Shown here one piece after another: positions 1 to 9,045 of a DNA stretch of 64,000 nt. The position numbers and the translations under genes are program-made. Within the stretch, counting starts at the first letter, position 1; each line of letters opens with the position of its first letter. Origin of the DNA: an uncultured Acidimicrobiaceae bacterium (lineage in GTDB: Bacteria > Actinomycetota > Acidimicrobiia > Spongiisociales > ZC4RG35). Below the pieces are notes generated by a model that was not told where the DNA came from, searched no databases, and saw only the letters and a program-made list of their open reading frames with translations. The stretch is from positions 10,427-74,426 of the forward strand of contig CAZNDH010000005.1 in NCBI GenBank assembly GCA_964571765.1, written 5' to 3'.

Positions 1-2
1 TG

Positions 3-1013
3 ATGCGAGCCCTCGAGGCAGGGAAGCCGGTGGTCACTGCCAACAAGGAGCTGGTCGCCACCCGAGGTGACCAACTGATCGAGCAGGCGGATTCCAAAGG
101 TGTCTCGCTGTTCTTCGAGGCGGCAGTGGGAGGAGCGATCCCGATCATCCGGCCCCTTTCGGAGTCGCTGGCCGGGGAGCGGCTCACCGAGGTGGTGGGG
201 ATCGTCAACGGCACCACCAACTTCATCCTCACCAGGATGTGCCAGGAGGGCGCCGACTACCGCGATGCCCTCGTCGAGGCTCAGGAGCTCGGTTACGCCG
301 AGGCCGACCCCACTGCCGATGTCTCCGGGGCGGATGCCGCAGCCAAGACGGCGATCCTCGCCTCGCTCGCCTTTGGCACCTGGGTAGGCAAGGACACCGT
401 TCACACCGAGGGGATCGACGGCCTCGATCGCGCCGATGTGGCATTCGCCGTCGATCTTGGTTACCTGCCCAAGCTGCTCGCCATCGCCAGCGACACGGGA
501 TCGGGGATCGTGGTCCGGGTTCACCCAACCCTGGTTCCCCTCGCTCACCCTCTCGCCGCGATCAACGGCTCACAAAACGCGATCTACCTGCGAGGGCCGG
601 GCGTCGGCCAGCTCCTCTTCGCTGGGCCGGGTGCGGGGGGCGGGCCCACCGCCACCGCGGTCTTGGGCGACATCCTCGAAGCCTCCCGCGAGTTGCTCAC
701 CGGAGTCCCCGCTCCACCCCGGATCCGGTTTGGGGAGACCCGGATCCGACCTTTCTCCGAGCTGGAATCGGGCTGGTACATCCGTCTCGAGGTGGCCGAT
801 CGGCCCGGGGTGTTGGCCAGCATCGCCGGCACCTTCGGCGACCTGGGGGTCTCCATCGAGTCGATGGTGCAACTCGGCCGGGGCGAGACCGCCACCCTGA
901 TCTTCGTCACCCACCCGGCGTCGGAGGCCTCCCACCGGGCCGCCCTCGACGCTCTCTCCGACCTGGACGTGGTCCGTCAGGTTGCCGCGGCGATCCGGGT
1001 CCTCGGCGCCTGA
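3..1013 (+). CDS. hom: homoserine dehydrogenase, C-terminal 336 aa (5' end cut by the window edge)
   Basis: The ORF is open from the window edge. Motifs 'KPVVTANKELVA', 'FEAAVGGAIPIIRPL' and 'GIVNGTTNFIL' are present, with a C-terminal ACT-like segment 'WYIRLEVADRPGVLASIAGTFGDLGVSIESMVQ'. Confidence 0.9.
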   Translation: MRALEAGKPVVTANKELVATRGDQLIEQADSKGVSLFFEAAVGGAIPIIRPLSESLAGERLTEVVGIVNGTTNFILTRMCQEGADYRDALVEAQELGYAEADPTADVSGADAAAKTAILASLAFGTWVGKDTVHTEGIDGLDRADVAFAVDLGYLPKLLAIASDTGSGIVVRVHPTLVPLAHPLAAINGSQNAIYLRGPGVGQLLFAGPGAGGGPTATAVLGDILEASRELLTGVPAPPRIRFGETRIRPFSELESGWYIRLEVADRPGVLASIAGTFGDLGVSIESMVQLGRGETATLIFVTHPASEASHRAALDALSDLDVVRQVAAAIRVLGA

Positions 1014-1015
1014 CC

Positions 1016-1654
1016 CTAACCCAGGCCAGGGTAGGCCAGGCCGGTGTTGGCGTGGCAGTCATATCCGTGGGGGTTCTTCCCCAGGTACTGCTGGTGGTAG
1101 TCCTCGGCGTAGAAGTAGTCGCCGAGAGGCCCGATCTCGGTGGTGATCTCGCCGAAACCCTCGGCGCCGACCACGGTCTGGTAGATGTCCCGGGACCTCT
1201 TCGCCTGGTCGAGCTGGTCGTCGGTCGTGGTGTAGATCGCCGACCGGTACTGGGTGCCGACGTCGTTGCCCTGCCGGTAACCCTGGGTGGGGTCGTGGGT
1301 CTCCCAGAACACCCGAAGCAACTCGTCGTAGGACACCTGGTCGGGGTGGTAGACCACCATCACCACCTCGGCGTGGCCGGTCCGCCCGGTGCACACCTCC
1401 TCGTAGCTGGGGTTTGGGGTGGAACCCCCGGCATAGCCCACCGAGGTGGTGTACACCCCGGGGAGGGACCAGAAACGTCTCTCGGCCCCCCAGAAGCAGC
1501 CCATACCGAAAACGGCCACCTCACTTCCCTCGGGGAAGGGACCGGTGAGCGGTCGACTGTTGACGAAGTGCGCCCGAGGCACCTCCACCGGCCGATCGCG
1601 ACCGGGGAGCGCCTTCGAGGGCGCCGGTATCTCCGACTTGGCTGTTCCGAACAT
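1016..1654 (-). CDS. msrA: peptide-methionine (S)-S-oxide reductase MsrA
   Basis: Active-site motif '[13 protein letters not shown]' in a 212-aa full-length ORF. It converges on hom with a 2-nt gap. Confidence 0.92.
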   Translation of the reverse strand: MFGTAKSEIPAPSKALPGRDRPVEVPRAHFVNSRPLTGPFPEGSEVAVFGMGCFWGAERRFWSLPGVYTTSVGYAGGSTPNPSYEEVCTGRTGHAEVVMVVYHPDQVSYDELLRVFWETHDPTQGYRQGNDVGTQYRSAIYTTTDDQLDQAKRSRDIYQTVVGAEGFGEITTEIGPLGDYFYAEDYHQQYLGKNPHGYDCHANTGLAYPGLG

Positions 1655-1681
1655 GTGGGCCTCCTGTCTGTCTACCCCATG

Positions 1682-2083
1682 TCAACCATCGAGGACCGCC
1701 TCGAGTTCCATCTCCACCAGCCAACGAGGGTCGAGCAGCGCGGCCACGACCACCATGGTCGCCGCCGGCCGGATATCCGAGAACACCTCACCATGGGCCT
1801 CGCCCACCGCGTCACCGTCGGAGGCCCTGGTGATGTACATCCTGGTGCGAACCACGTGCTGGGGACGGCCTCCGGCCTCGGCGAGGGCGCTGAGCATTAT
1901 CTCCAGACAGCGGCGAGCCTGGATTCCGGGATCAGGGTCCACGGTGCCGTTCGGCCAGATCGGTGCGGTGCCCGCCACCGTCACCCTCTGCCCAACCCGC
2001 ACTGCCCGGGAGAAGCCGTATCGGCCCTCATACGGGGATCCTGAGGAGACGTTGGCCCGGGTCACGGACCGAGCGTATCCCAT
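1682..2083 (-). CDS. RidA/YjgF/L-PSP family protein
   Basis: Family-like core 'GFSRAVRVGQRVTVAGT...QHVVRTRMYITR...AATMVVVAALLDPRWLVEMELEAV'. The ORF 1682..2209 was trimmed to the ATG at 2083 because the first 42 aa are Arg-rich filler. Confidence 0.78.
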   Translation of the reverse strand: MGYARSVTRANVSSGSPYEGRYGFSRAVRVGQRVTVAGTAPIWPNGTVDPDPGIQARRCLEIMLSALAEAGGRPQHVVRTRMYITRASDGDAVGEAHGEVFSDIRPAATMVVVAALLDPRWLVEMELEAVLDG

Positions 2084-2127
2084 CCGAGGTGTCACAGGCG
2101 CAGGTCGCTGGTTAGCCTTGGCTGTCG

Positions 2128-3288
2128 ATGCGTCTCCGCATGCCCCCTGTTCTCCTCGCTCTAGTCGTTGCGGTCGTCGCCGGGACCACCGGCCAGCCCG
2201 CGATCGCACTTGATCTGCAAAAGGCCGAGGACCAGCTCGAGGATGCCGGCCGCCAGGTGGAGGTGGCCGATGGCCTGGTTGACGATGCGGTGGCCAACCG
2301 CGCCGAGATCGAGGCCCAGCTCGCGGATAGCATCGCCCGGGCCAACGACCTGGCGGCGGCCCTCTCCGAGGTGGGGGCCAGCCTCGACAGGCTCGCCCAT
2401 CGGGTAGGGACCGCCGACGTCGAGCTAGCGGCCATCCAGACGCAGATCGAGCACCAAGCGGTCGACGCCTACATGACGGTCCTATCTTCGCCTTCGCTCT
2501 CCCTGGTGGGAACCAGTTCGGTAGAACACGCCATGGTGGTGTCCTCGGTGGTCGAGGACGTGGTGGGCAGTGGCCGGGCCAAGGCCGACGAGCTGTTCAT
2601 CAAGCGACGGAGCCTCGAGGAGCTCCAGCAGGTCTACCTGGCCCAGCAGGATGACTACGCCGTCCTCCAAGAGCAGGTCCACTCCGAGGTGGAGCGGCTG
2701 GCCCTTCTATACCAACAAGCCGATGCCCACGTCGCCGCAAGCGTCCGCCGCGCTGGTGCCGCCGACAGTGAGTACCGGGCCGCCCTCACTGCGGTCGAGC
2801 TGGCCAGGGCCAGAGCCGATGAGGATCAGCGTCAGCAGGCCCGAAGCCCGACCACGACCACCACCTCACCGGGGGCAAACTCACCTGGTGCCACCCCACC
2901 GGCTGCCACCACTCCGACCACCACAGCTACCACCAATCCGCCAACGCCGGGAGGGGGCGGTCCCTGGAACCACCCGCCGGCGGTGGAGAGGTGGCGGTCC
3001 CTCGTCGTCGAGTTCTTCCCCTCAGACCGTGTCGAGGAGGCATTGGCCATCATCAACTGCGAGAGCAACGGCGACCCCAACGCCTACAACCCCTATTCGG
3101 GCGCCGGTGGGCTTTTCCAGTTTCTCCCCTCCACCTGGGCGTCGACCGCACCCAAGGCGGGCTACCCCGACGCCAGCGTCTTCGAACCTGAGGCCAACAT
3201 CGCCTCGGCGGCTTGGCTGGCCAAGCGGTTTGAGGAGTTGGGCCAGTACTACTGGCAGGCGTGGAGCTGCCGTCGGGTGCTCAGCTAG
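2128..3288 (+). CDS. secreted coiled-coil protein with a Pro/Thr linker and a C-terminal lytic transglycosylase (SLT/Rpf-like) domain
   Basis: N-terminal signal-like 'MRLRMPPVLLALVVAVVAGTTG', a long helical Ala/Glu/Leu region, the linker 'SPTTTTTSPGANSPGATPPAATTPTTTATTNPPTPGGGG', and the catalytic-type motif 'INCESNGDPNAYNPYSGAGGLFQFLPSTW'. Confidence 0.72.
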   Translation: MRLRMPPVLLALVVAVVAGTTGQPAIALDLQKAEDQLEDAGRQVEVADGLVDDAVANRAEIEAQLADSIARANDLAAALSEVGASLDRLAHRVGTADVELAAIQTQIEHQAVDAYMTVLSSPSLSLVGTSSVEHAMVVSSVVEDVVGSGRAKADELFIKRRSLEELQQVYLAQQDDYAVLQEQVHSEVERLALLYQQADAHVAASVRRAGAADSEYRAALTAVELARARADEDQRQQARSPTTTTTSPGANSPGATPPAATTPTTTATTNPPTPGGGGPWNHPPAVERWRSLVVEFFPSDRVEEALAIINCESNGDPNAYNPYSGAGGLFQFLPSTWASTAPKAGYPDASVFEPEANIASAAWLAKRFEELGQYYWQAWSCRRVLS

Positions 3289-4285
3289 GAGGGCCCACCG
3301 ACTCGTCCAGCGAGGTCTCACGACGATCGGCGCGCAACGAAGCGACAATGGTCAGCGTCAGCACCAGGGTGATGAAGCCCAGGCTGACCACGATGGGGAA
3401 GTGATACCACTGGGCGAGGATCATCTTGATCCCAACGAACCCCAGGATCACCCCGAGTCCGAGGTTGAGGTAGCGGAAACGACCCGCCATCCCCGCCAGG
3501 AGGAAGTAGAGCGCCCTGAGCCCGAGGATGGCGAAGGCGTTGGACGAGAAGACGATGAACGGCTCCCGGCTGACGGCCAGGATCGCCGGTATCGAGTCGA
3601 CGGCGAACACGACATCGGTCGACTCGATGAGGATGAGCACGGCGAAAAGGGGTGTGGCCAGCAGTCGCCCCGCTTGCCTGGTGAACAGCTTCTGTCCGTC
3701 ATACTCGGTGGTCGAGGGGATCACCCGTCGTACCAGTCTGAGGACCGGGTTCTGCTCCGGGTGGACCTCCACCTCCCGATGGCGGGCGATCCTGACCGCG
3801 GTATAGAGCAGGAATGCCCCGAAGACGTAGAGGATCCAGTCGAACCGGTCGATCAAGGCGATGCCAGCGAAGATGAACACCGCCCTCAGGACCAGGGCAC
3901 CGAAGATCCCCCAGAAGAGGACCCTGAACTGGAACTGGGGCGGGACCGAGAAGTAACTGAGGATCACCGCCCAGACGAAGACGTTGTCGACCGAGAGGCT
4001 CTTCTCGATGAGATAGCCGGCCAGGTACTCCCCCGCGGCCTGGCCTCCCTGCCACGACAGGATGACCAGGGTGAATCCCAGCCCTATGGCGATCCACACC
4101 GACGACTCGATGGCAGCCTCACGCAGACTGATGACATGGGGCTTGCGATGGACGAGGAGCACGTCGACGAGGAGGAGGGCGCCGACGAAAGCGGCGAAGG
4201 CGAGCCAGACCCAGGGGGGGACGTCGAAGCTGGCAAAGGTGTGCCCGCTGCCCTCGGAGACGGCAAGAAGCGAAGGCGGGCTCAC
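3281..4285 (-). CDS. terC: TerC family integral membrane protein
   Basis: Multi-TM sequence with 'YLIEKSLSVDNVFVWAVI' and 'IESTDVVFAVDSIPAILAVS' TerC-type repeats. The ORF 3281..4714 was trimmed to the GTG at 4285, which forms a GTGA overlap with the stop of the upstream Usp gene. Confidence 0.85.
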   Translation of the reverse strand: MSPPSLLAVSEGSGHTFASFDVPPWVWLAFAAFVGALLLVDVLLVHRKPHVISLREAAIESSVWIAIGLGFTLVILSWQGGQAAGEYLAGYLIEKSLSVDNVFVWAVILSYFSVPPQFQFRVLFWGIFGALVLRAVFIFAGIALIDRFDWILYVFGAFLLYTAVRIARHREVEVHPEQNPVLRLVRRVIPSTTEYDGQKLFTRQAGRLLATPLFAVLILIESTDVVFAVDSIPAILAVSREPFIVFSSNAFAILGLRALYFLLAGMAGRFRYLNLGLGVILGFVGIKMILAQWYHFPIVVSLGFITLVLTLTIVASLRADRRETSLDESVGPPS

Positions 4286-5061
4286 GCCCCCCCCGCCGAG
4301 GCCACCATGGCGTTGCAGGCTGCTCCCCGGACCACGGCCCCTGCGGTCGAACCGAGACGGAGGCGCTTCCAACCCGTGAGGCCCTTGGTCCCCAGGACAA
4401 CCAGGTCGGGCCGGGTGGTGTCCAGGTGGCGCAAGATGGCCGCCGTGGGAAAGTCCTGGGTCACGACGGCGGTCACCGAGGCAACCTTGCCGGCCAGAAT
4501 CTCGGTCGCCTCGGCGGCGCTGGTGTCGGCTTGGGCGCGGCCATCGTCGACTGCTAGAACGGTGACCGCGGTCCGGGCTGCCATCGGCCAGGAGGTGAAA
4601 GCGGTCACCGCAGCCTTGGAGTGTTCGGAGCCGTCGGCGCAGATGGTGACCTCCTCCACCGGAGAACCGTCTCCGATCACCGCAGTCGGGGCAGGTGGGT
4701 GGTGGAGAAGCCACTCGGTGGTCCCTCCCAGAGCCCGACCCCTGGTCATCCGGCTGCTCCTGCCCACCACGATCAGGTCGGCGTCCCCTCGATCTCCGAG
4801 CATTGGCCGAGGGTCACCGGCAAACCTGGCATAACCCACCCCGACGGCCCCTTCAACAGACTTGGACCTGGCCCAGGGTGGTGACCAGGCTGTGACCATT
4901 GGGGGTTCACCCCAGACGATCTCCGATTCGTCGGCCGTCATCACCTCAACCCTCCACCCGGGCCAGGGATGGGCGGTGAGCCATTCCCAGACCGTGTCGG
5001 ACACGGCCGAGCCGTCGTCACCGACCACGACGAGGCAGGATCCATCGTCGGTTGGAGCCAT
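4282..5061 (-). CDS. universal stress protein, tandem Usp domains
   Basis: Two Usp-like halves, with the C-terminal ATP-binding-type motif 'VVLGTKGLTGWKRLRLGSTAGAVV'. The start is taken at the ATG at 5061 (Met12 of the ORF). It is translationally coupled to terC. Confidence 0.72.
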   Translation of the reverse strand: MAPTDDGSCLVVVGDDGSAVSDTVWEWLTAHPWPGWRVEVMTADESEIVWGEPPMVTAWSPPWARSKSVEGAVGVGYARFAGDPRPMLGDRGDADLIVVGRSSRMTRGRALGGTTEWLLHHPPAPTAVIGDGSPVEEVTICADGSEHSKAAVTAFTSWPMAARTAVTVLAVDDGRAQADTSAAEATEILAGKVASVTAVVTQDFPTAAILRHLDTTRPDLVVLGTKGLTGWKRLRLGSTAGAVVRGAACNAMVASAGGA

Positions 5062-5162
5062 GCCGCCATCGTAGTGGCGACCGTGTCCTCCCACTTCTGA
5101 GCTCTCAGGGCTTCACAACTGGCCGGAATCGCCTATTTTGTCAGGAGTCACAAGCAACGGGG

Positions 5163-5594
5163 GTGTTGCGCTTGCCCATATTCGACGGCGTCGTGACCCT
5201 GAACGACGATCAGGTGCCGGTGATCATCGGCCTGGAGGACGACGGCATACGCATGTCGACCAACGGGACCGAGATCGGCGAATGGTCGATCGGGGAGTTC
5301 ACCATCGCCCATCGCGGGGACGGGAAATACACAATCACAGCCGACAACGAGAGCCTGGTCTTCACCCCAAACCGGCCCGACCTGTTCGCGGTGGGTCTGG
5401 GTCAGCCGCTGGCGGCGAGGCCCTCGGCGACTGCGGCGACCCAGGCCCGGTCCGAGGGTGATGAGCTGGGTGAAGTGGTATCCGGGCCCGACGGAGCCCC
5501 TCAGGCCCGCCCGATCACAAGAGCCCTCTTCTACACCCTGGCGGGCACCACGGGCGCCCTCGGGGTGTGGGCGCTGTACCGGCTGATCTTCTAG
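5163..5594 (+). CDS. hypothetical tail-anchored protein (soluble beta-rich N-terminal domain plus one C-terminal TM helix)
   Basis: Non-biased composition from 'LRLPIFDGVVTLNDDQVPVIIGLEDDGIRMSTNGTEIGEWSIGEFTIAHRGDGKYTITADNESLVF'. C-terminal hydrophobic 'ALFYTLAGTTGALGVWALYRLIF'. The start (GTG 5163 or TTG 5166) is uncertain. Confidence 0.45.
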   Translation: MLRLPIFDGVVTLNDDQVPVIIGLEDDGIRMSTNGTEIGEWSIGEFTIAHRGDGKYTITADNESLVFTPNRPDLFAVGLGQPLAARPSATAATQARSEGDELGEVVSGPDGAPQARPITRALFYTLAGTTGALGVWALYRLIF

Positions 5595-5604
5595 CCGGTC
5601 CTCC

Positions 5605-6165
5605 TCAGACCTCCATCCACCCTTCGACCCGGTCGAGGAGGTACATGGATATCTCGCGCGAGCTGTCGAGCACATCGCACAGCTGTTCCCGTCCGAGCAC
5701 CACGTCGACCAGGCTGACCCTGGTCTTGCCCTGGACCATCAGCCTGCGCTCGGGGGCATCGGTGACTGCGGCGAACGAGTCGATGGCCGAGACCTCGATG
5801 GGGAGGACGGTGCCGGCGATGCCAGCGATATCGGTTGCCAGGACGAGAAGGTCCGGTGGCCTGTGCAATGGCGGAAGCGCCCAATTGAAATACAGGTCGA
5901 GGTAATAGTCGTCCTCCGGCTCCTCGAAGTCGTCGGTCATCTCGTCGAGACGGTCGCGTAGGGAAAGGATGACCTTGGGATCGCCGTCCAACGCCAGGTG
6001 GAGGTCGATGGGGCCTCCGCAGCCGGACTCGGGGTGCACGTCCACTTCCCAGGACTGACGGAGCGAGTAGGTCTCCATGAAATGCCGCTCGTCATGGACG
6101 TGGAAGCCATGCTCGGTGGCGTGCTCTTTGAGGTCGGCGAAGAAGCCGGCGATGTCGACAGACAT
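5605..6165 (-). CDS. hypothetical acidic protein, 186 aa
   Basis: Clean ATG-started ORF with protein-like composition ('FFADLKEHATEHGFHVHDERHFMETYSLRQSWEVDVHPESGCGGPIDLHLALDGDPK', acidic patch 'DEMTDDFEEPEDDYYLDLYF'). I recognise no family. Confidence 0.5.
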   Translation of the reverse strand: MSVDIAGFFADLKEHATEHGFHVHDERHFMETYSLRQSWEVDVHPESGCGGPIDLHLALDGDPKVILSLRDRLDEMTDDFEEPEDDYYLDLYFNWALPPLHRPPDLLVLATDIAGIAGTVLPIEVSAIDSFAAVTDAPERRLMVQGKTRVSLVDVVLGREQLCDVLDSSREISMYLLDRVEGWMEV

Positions 6166-6175
6166 GACAACCAGC

Positions 6176-7033
6176 CTATTTGCCCTGGAGACGATCGTCG
6201 TATGCCCGGATCACCTGTGCACCGAACAACATCACCGCGGAGAGAACGTAGGCGGATAGAAGCACGATGAAGAATGAGCCGGCGATCTGGGGGGCTGCGG
6301 TGTCGGCATCCCAGCTGAAGTACACCCCGACGCCAACGGCGGTGAGCAGGAAGACGACCGAGGTGAAGAGACTGCCGATGACCTTCGCCCGGCGGCGCAC
6401 CGCTGCCCGGGTCATCGTTCGGAACATCAGGTAGAAGAGCCCGGGGAGAACCAGCAGGGACAAGAGCCGGGCCACCCAACCCAAGAGCTGCTCGAAGTGG
6501 GCCAACCCATCTGGGAGCAGTGAGGCGATCCAATACCACGCCGAGTTGAACAGCCACAAGAACGCCAGGAGAAGCCCAAAGCTGAGCGACCAGGCGATGG
6601 CGATGGCTCTCCTCCTGACGAAGCCGAGGAACCCGGCGGTCTTCTCGGAGGGAACCCCGAACACGTCGTTGAGGCTGTTCTGCACTTCCATGAACAGCGT
6701 CGAGGAGGTCCAGACGAACAACACCACCCCGACCACCGTGGTGACGTCACCGGAGCGAACCGCCGAGACCACCAGCAGGTCGACTGCCCCGGCGACCTGT
6801 TGACCCGCCAACCGTGCGATATCGGACAGGATGGCGGCCCGAGCCTCTTCGGAGTCCCCGATCACCAGCCCGAACACCCCAACGGCGAGGAGGAGGAGCG
6901 GGGCCACGGCGAATATCGCCCGATAGGCGAGGGCGGCGGCCATCCGGCCGCCTCGATTGGAGGCGAATGACCTGGCCGCATCGATCACCGTTTCCAGTGC
7001 CACGCCGCCAACTGACCTGAGACGCTCCGGCAT
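6176..7033 (-). CDS. yihY: YihY/BrkB (ribonuclease BN-like) family membrane protein
   Basis: 'FASNRGGRMAAALAYRAIFAVAPLLLLAVGVFG' N-terminal signature followed by about 6 TM helices. The ORF 6176..7366 was trimmed to the ATG at 7033. Confidence 0.8.
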   Translation of the reverse strand: MPERLRSVGGVALETVIDAARSFASNRGGRMAAALAYRAIFAVAPLLLLAVGVFGLVIGDSEEARAAILSDIARLAGQQVAGAVDLLVVSAVRSGDVTTVVGVVLFVWTSSTLFMEVQNSLNDVFGVPSEKTAGFLGFVRRRAIAIAWSLSFGLLLAFLWLFNSAWYWIASLLPDGLAHFEQLLGWVARLLSLLVLPGLFYLMFRTMTRAAVRRRAKVIGSLFTSVVFLLTAVGVGVYFSWDADTAAPQIAGSFFIVLLSAYVLSAVMLFGAQVIRAYDDRLQGK

Positions 7034-7068
7034 CCGGGGCCCAGGGTATAGCCATACACTGACGGGAC

Positions 7069-8097
7069 GTGAGACACCCATTTGCGGCGCCGCTCGCCAC
7101 CATGGAGGCCAGGGTCTACGAGGGCTGGCCCAAGGGCGCATTCCTCTACGAGCCGAAATGGGACGGGTTTCGCTCGCTCTCCTGGTCGGAGCCGGCGATC
7201 CGCCTCGATTCCCGCAACGAGCGACCCCTGCTTCGCTACTTCCCGGAGCTGCGCCCGGCGCTCGAGCAGCTACCGCCGGGAACCGTGGTCGACGGGGAGA
7301 TAGTGGTGGTGATTGAAGGAGCCACCGACTTCGACGCCCTCCAGCAACGGATTCACCCGGCGACATCCCGGGTCGACATGCTCAGCAAGGCGACCCCGGC
7401 TCGTCTGGTCGCCTTCGACCTCCTCGCCCGAGAGGGCACCGACCTCCGCCCCGAGCCCTTCTCCGAACGGCGCCGCCAACTGGTCGACCTGGCAGCCGCG
7501 CTTGGGGATCCCTGGCACCTCACCCCGCAGACGAGTGAGGAGGAGGTGGCCCGGCGCTGGTTCGACGAGTTCGAGTCGGCAGGGTGCGACGGGATCATCG
7601 CCAAGCCAGCCGACTCCCCCTACCAGAGCGGAAAGCGGGCCATGATCAAGATCAAGCACCGGCGCACCATCGACGTGGTCGTCGGGGGCTTCCGCGAGCA
7701 CAAGGATGGGGGGAAAATCGGCTCGCTCCTCCTTGGCCTCCACAACGACCGAGGTGAGCTCCACTTCATCGGCCATTGCTCAGGTTTCCCCGACGTTGAC
7801 CGCACCGAGATCTTCCAAAGGTTCCAGGAGCTGGCCACCGACTCCAGCTTTGGAGAGTCGGCCCGGGCCCCCGGAGCCCAGAGCCGCTGGACCGGGGACA
7901 AGGACAAGTCGTGGACACCGGTGCAGCCAGGGGTGGTGATCGAGGTCAGCTACGACCAGCTCGAGGGGGACCGTTTCCGCCACGCCGCCCGGTTTCATCG
8001 CTGGCGGCCGGATAAGGACCCCGCCGACTGCACCATGGACCAGCTGGAGCGGCCAGAAGGGCCCGGCTTCGATCGGGTTGTGGGCCAACCCAACTGA
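7069..8097 (+). CDS. ATP-dependent DNA ligase, ligase-only LigC type (adenylation plus OB domains)
   Basis: Motif I 'YEPKWDGFR' (adenylated Lys), 'LVAFDLL', 'CDGIIAKPADSPYQSGKR', 'AMIKIKHRRT', and OB-domain tail 'HAARFHRWRPDK'. The start is the GTG at 7069, or alternatively the ATG at 7102. Confidence 0.88.
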   Translation: MRHPFAAPLATMEARVYEGWPKGAFLYEPKWDGFRSLSWSEPAIRLDSRNERPLLRYFPELRPALEQLPPGTVVDGEIVVVIEGATDFDALQQRIHPATSRVDMLSKATPARLVAFDLLAREGTDLRPEPFSERRRQLVDLAAALGDPWHLTPQTSEEEVARRWFDEFESAGCDGIIAKPADSPYQSGKRAMIKIKHRRTIDVVVGGFREHKDGGKIGSLLLGLHNDRGELHFIGHCSGFPDVDRTEIFQRFQELATDSSFGESARAPGAQSRWTGDKDKSWTPVQPGVVIEVSYDQLEGDRFRHAARFHRWRPDKDPADCTMDQLERPEGPGFDRVVGQPN

Positions 8098-8136
8098 TTC
8101 CCGGGAGGGATAGGCTCCCTGCCACACTTGCCGGCG

Positions 8137-9045
8137 ATGCGCCAGGCCAACGTGGTGGAGGTCACCGGACTCACCCATGATTACGGCGAGGTTGTGGCTC
8201 TCCGCCACCTCGACCTGGCCATCCCTTCCGGGGTCACCGGGCTGGTTGGAGCCAACGGGGCGGGAAAGACCACCATGCTCCGGCTCCTCCTCGGCCTGCT
8301 CCACCCCACCCATGGCCGGGTGACGGTGCTGGGCCACGATCCCGAGGTGGAGCCCCTCGAGGTGCGCGCCCGGGTCGGCTACATGCCTGAGGTCGACGCC
8401 CTTCCCAAGGACCAGACCGCGGCCGACTTCGTCGCCTACACCGCCCAACTCGCCGGCCTTCCCCCGCGCGAGGCGAAGCGACGCTCATCGGAGACCCTCT
8501 TCCTGGTCGGTCTGGCCGAGGAGAGGTTCCGCTTCCTCGGCGACTTCTCGACCGGAATGCAACAGAGGGTGAAGTTGGCCCAGGCAATCGTCCACGATCC
8601 AGACCTGGTGCTGCTCGACGAGCCTGCCTCGGGTCTCGACCCGGAAGGGCGGGCCCAGATGCTCCAGCTGATCCGGCGACTCGGCGAGTTCGACATCGAC
8701 GTCATCGTCAGCTCACACGTCCTCACCGACATCGAGCAGACCTGCGACTGGGTGGTGATGCTCGACGGCGGGGCCCTGGTGCGATCCGGGCCACTCCAGG
8801 GGTTCGAGAAGAACCCCACGGTGCTCGTCGAGGTATTGAAGCACGCCGAGGTGGTGGCCGCCGAGCTCCGCGGGCGTGGGGTTGAGGCCACCGTCGACGG
8901 GCTCAGCCTTGTGGTCGGCCCCGGCACCGACCTGGAGCAGGCGGTGGTGGAGGTGAGCGCTCTCACCGGCTCCGGTCTCGTCCGGATGACCCGCGGCTCG
9001 GCTTCGCTCGAGGACATCTTCCTCCATCCCGGTGAGGGCCGGTGA
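8137..9045 (+). CDS. ABC transporter ATP-binding protein (ABC-2/DrrA-like, with a C-terminal extension)
   Basis: Walker A 'GANGAGKTT', signature 'FSTGMQQRV', Walker B 'LVLLDEPASGLD'. The ATG at 8137 is preferred over the TTG at 8128. Confidence 0.85.
   Translation: MRQANVVEVTGLTHDYGEVVALRHLDLAIPSGVTGLVGANGAGKTTMLRLLLGLLHPTHGRVTVLGHDPEVEPLEVRARVGYMPEVDALPKDQTAADFVAYTAQLAGLPPREAKRRSSETLFLVGLAEERFRFLGDFSTGMQQRVKLAQAIVHDPDLVLLDEPASGLDPEGRAQMLQLIRRLGEFDIDVIVSSHVLTDIEQTCDWVVMLDGGALVRSGPLQGFEKNPTVLVEVLKHAEVVAAELRGRGVEATVDGLSLVVGPGTDLEQAVVEVSALTGSGLVRMTRGSASLEDIFLHPGEGR

Noticed and set aside
2570-4834. A 754-aa + strand ORF spanning the transglycosylase, TerC and Usp loci (likewise 239..2044, 21665..22816, 45963..46985, 47652..49085, 53732..55156)
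   Set aside because: These ORFs run off-frame or antisense through several well-supported genes. Their compositions are dominated by Arg, Pro, Gly and Asp. I treat them as GC-driven artefacts.
5062-5162. A yybP-ykoY (Mn2+) riboswitch upstream of the usp-terC operon
   Set aside because: TerC genes are often preceded by this riboswitch. However, I could not find its conserved GGGGAGUAG / GAGAGACA-type cores on the minus strand of this 100-nt spacer.
7034-7068. A LexA SOS box (TCGAAC-N4-GTTCGA) upstream of the ligase, or of the Prim-Pol gene (12582-12668)
   Set aside because: The motif is not present in either spacer.
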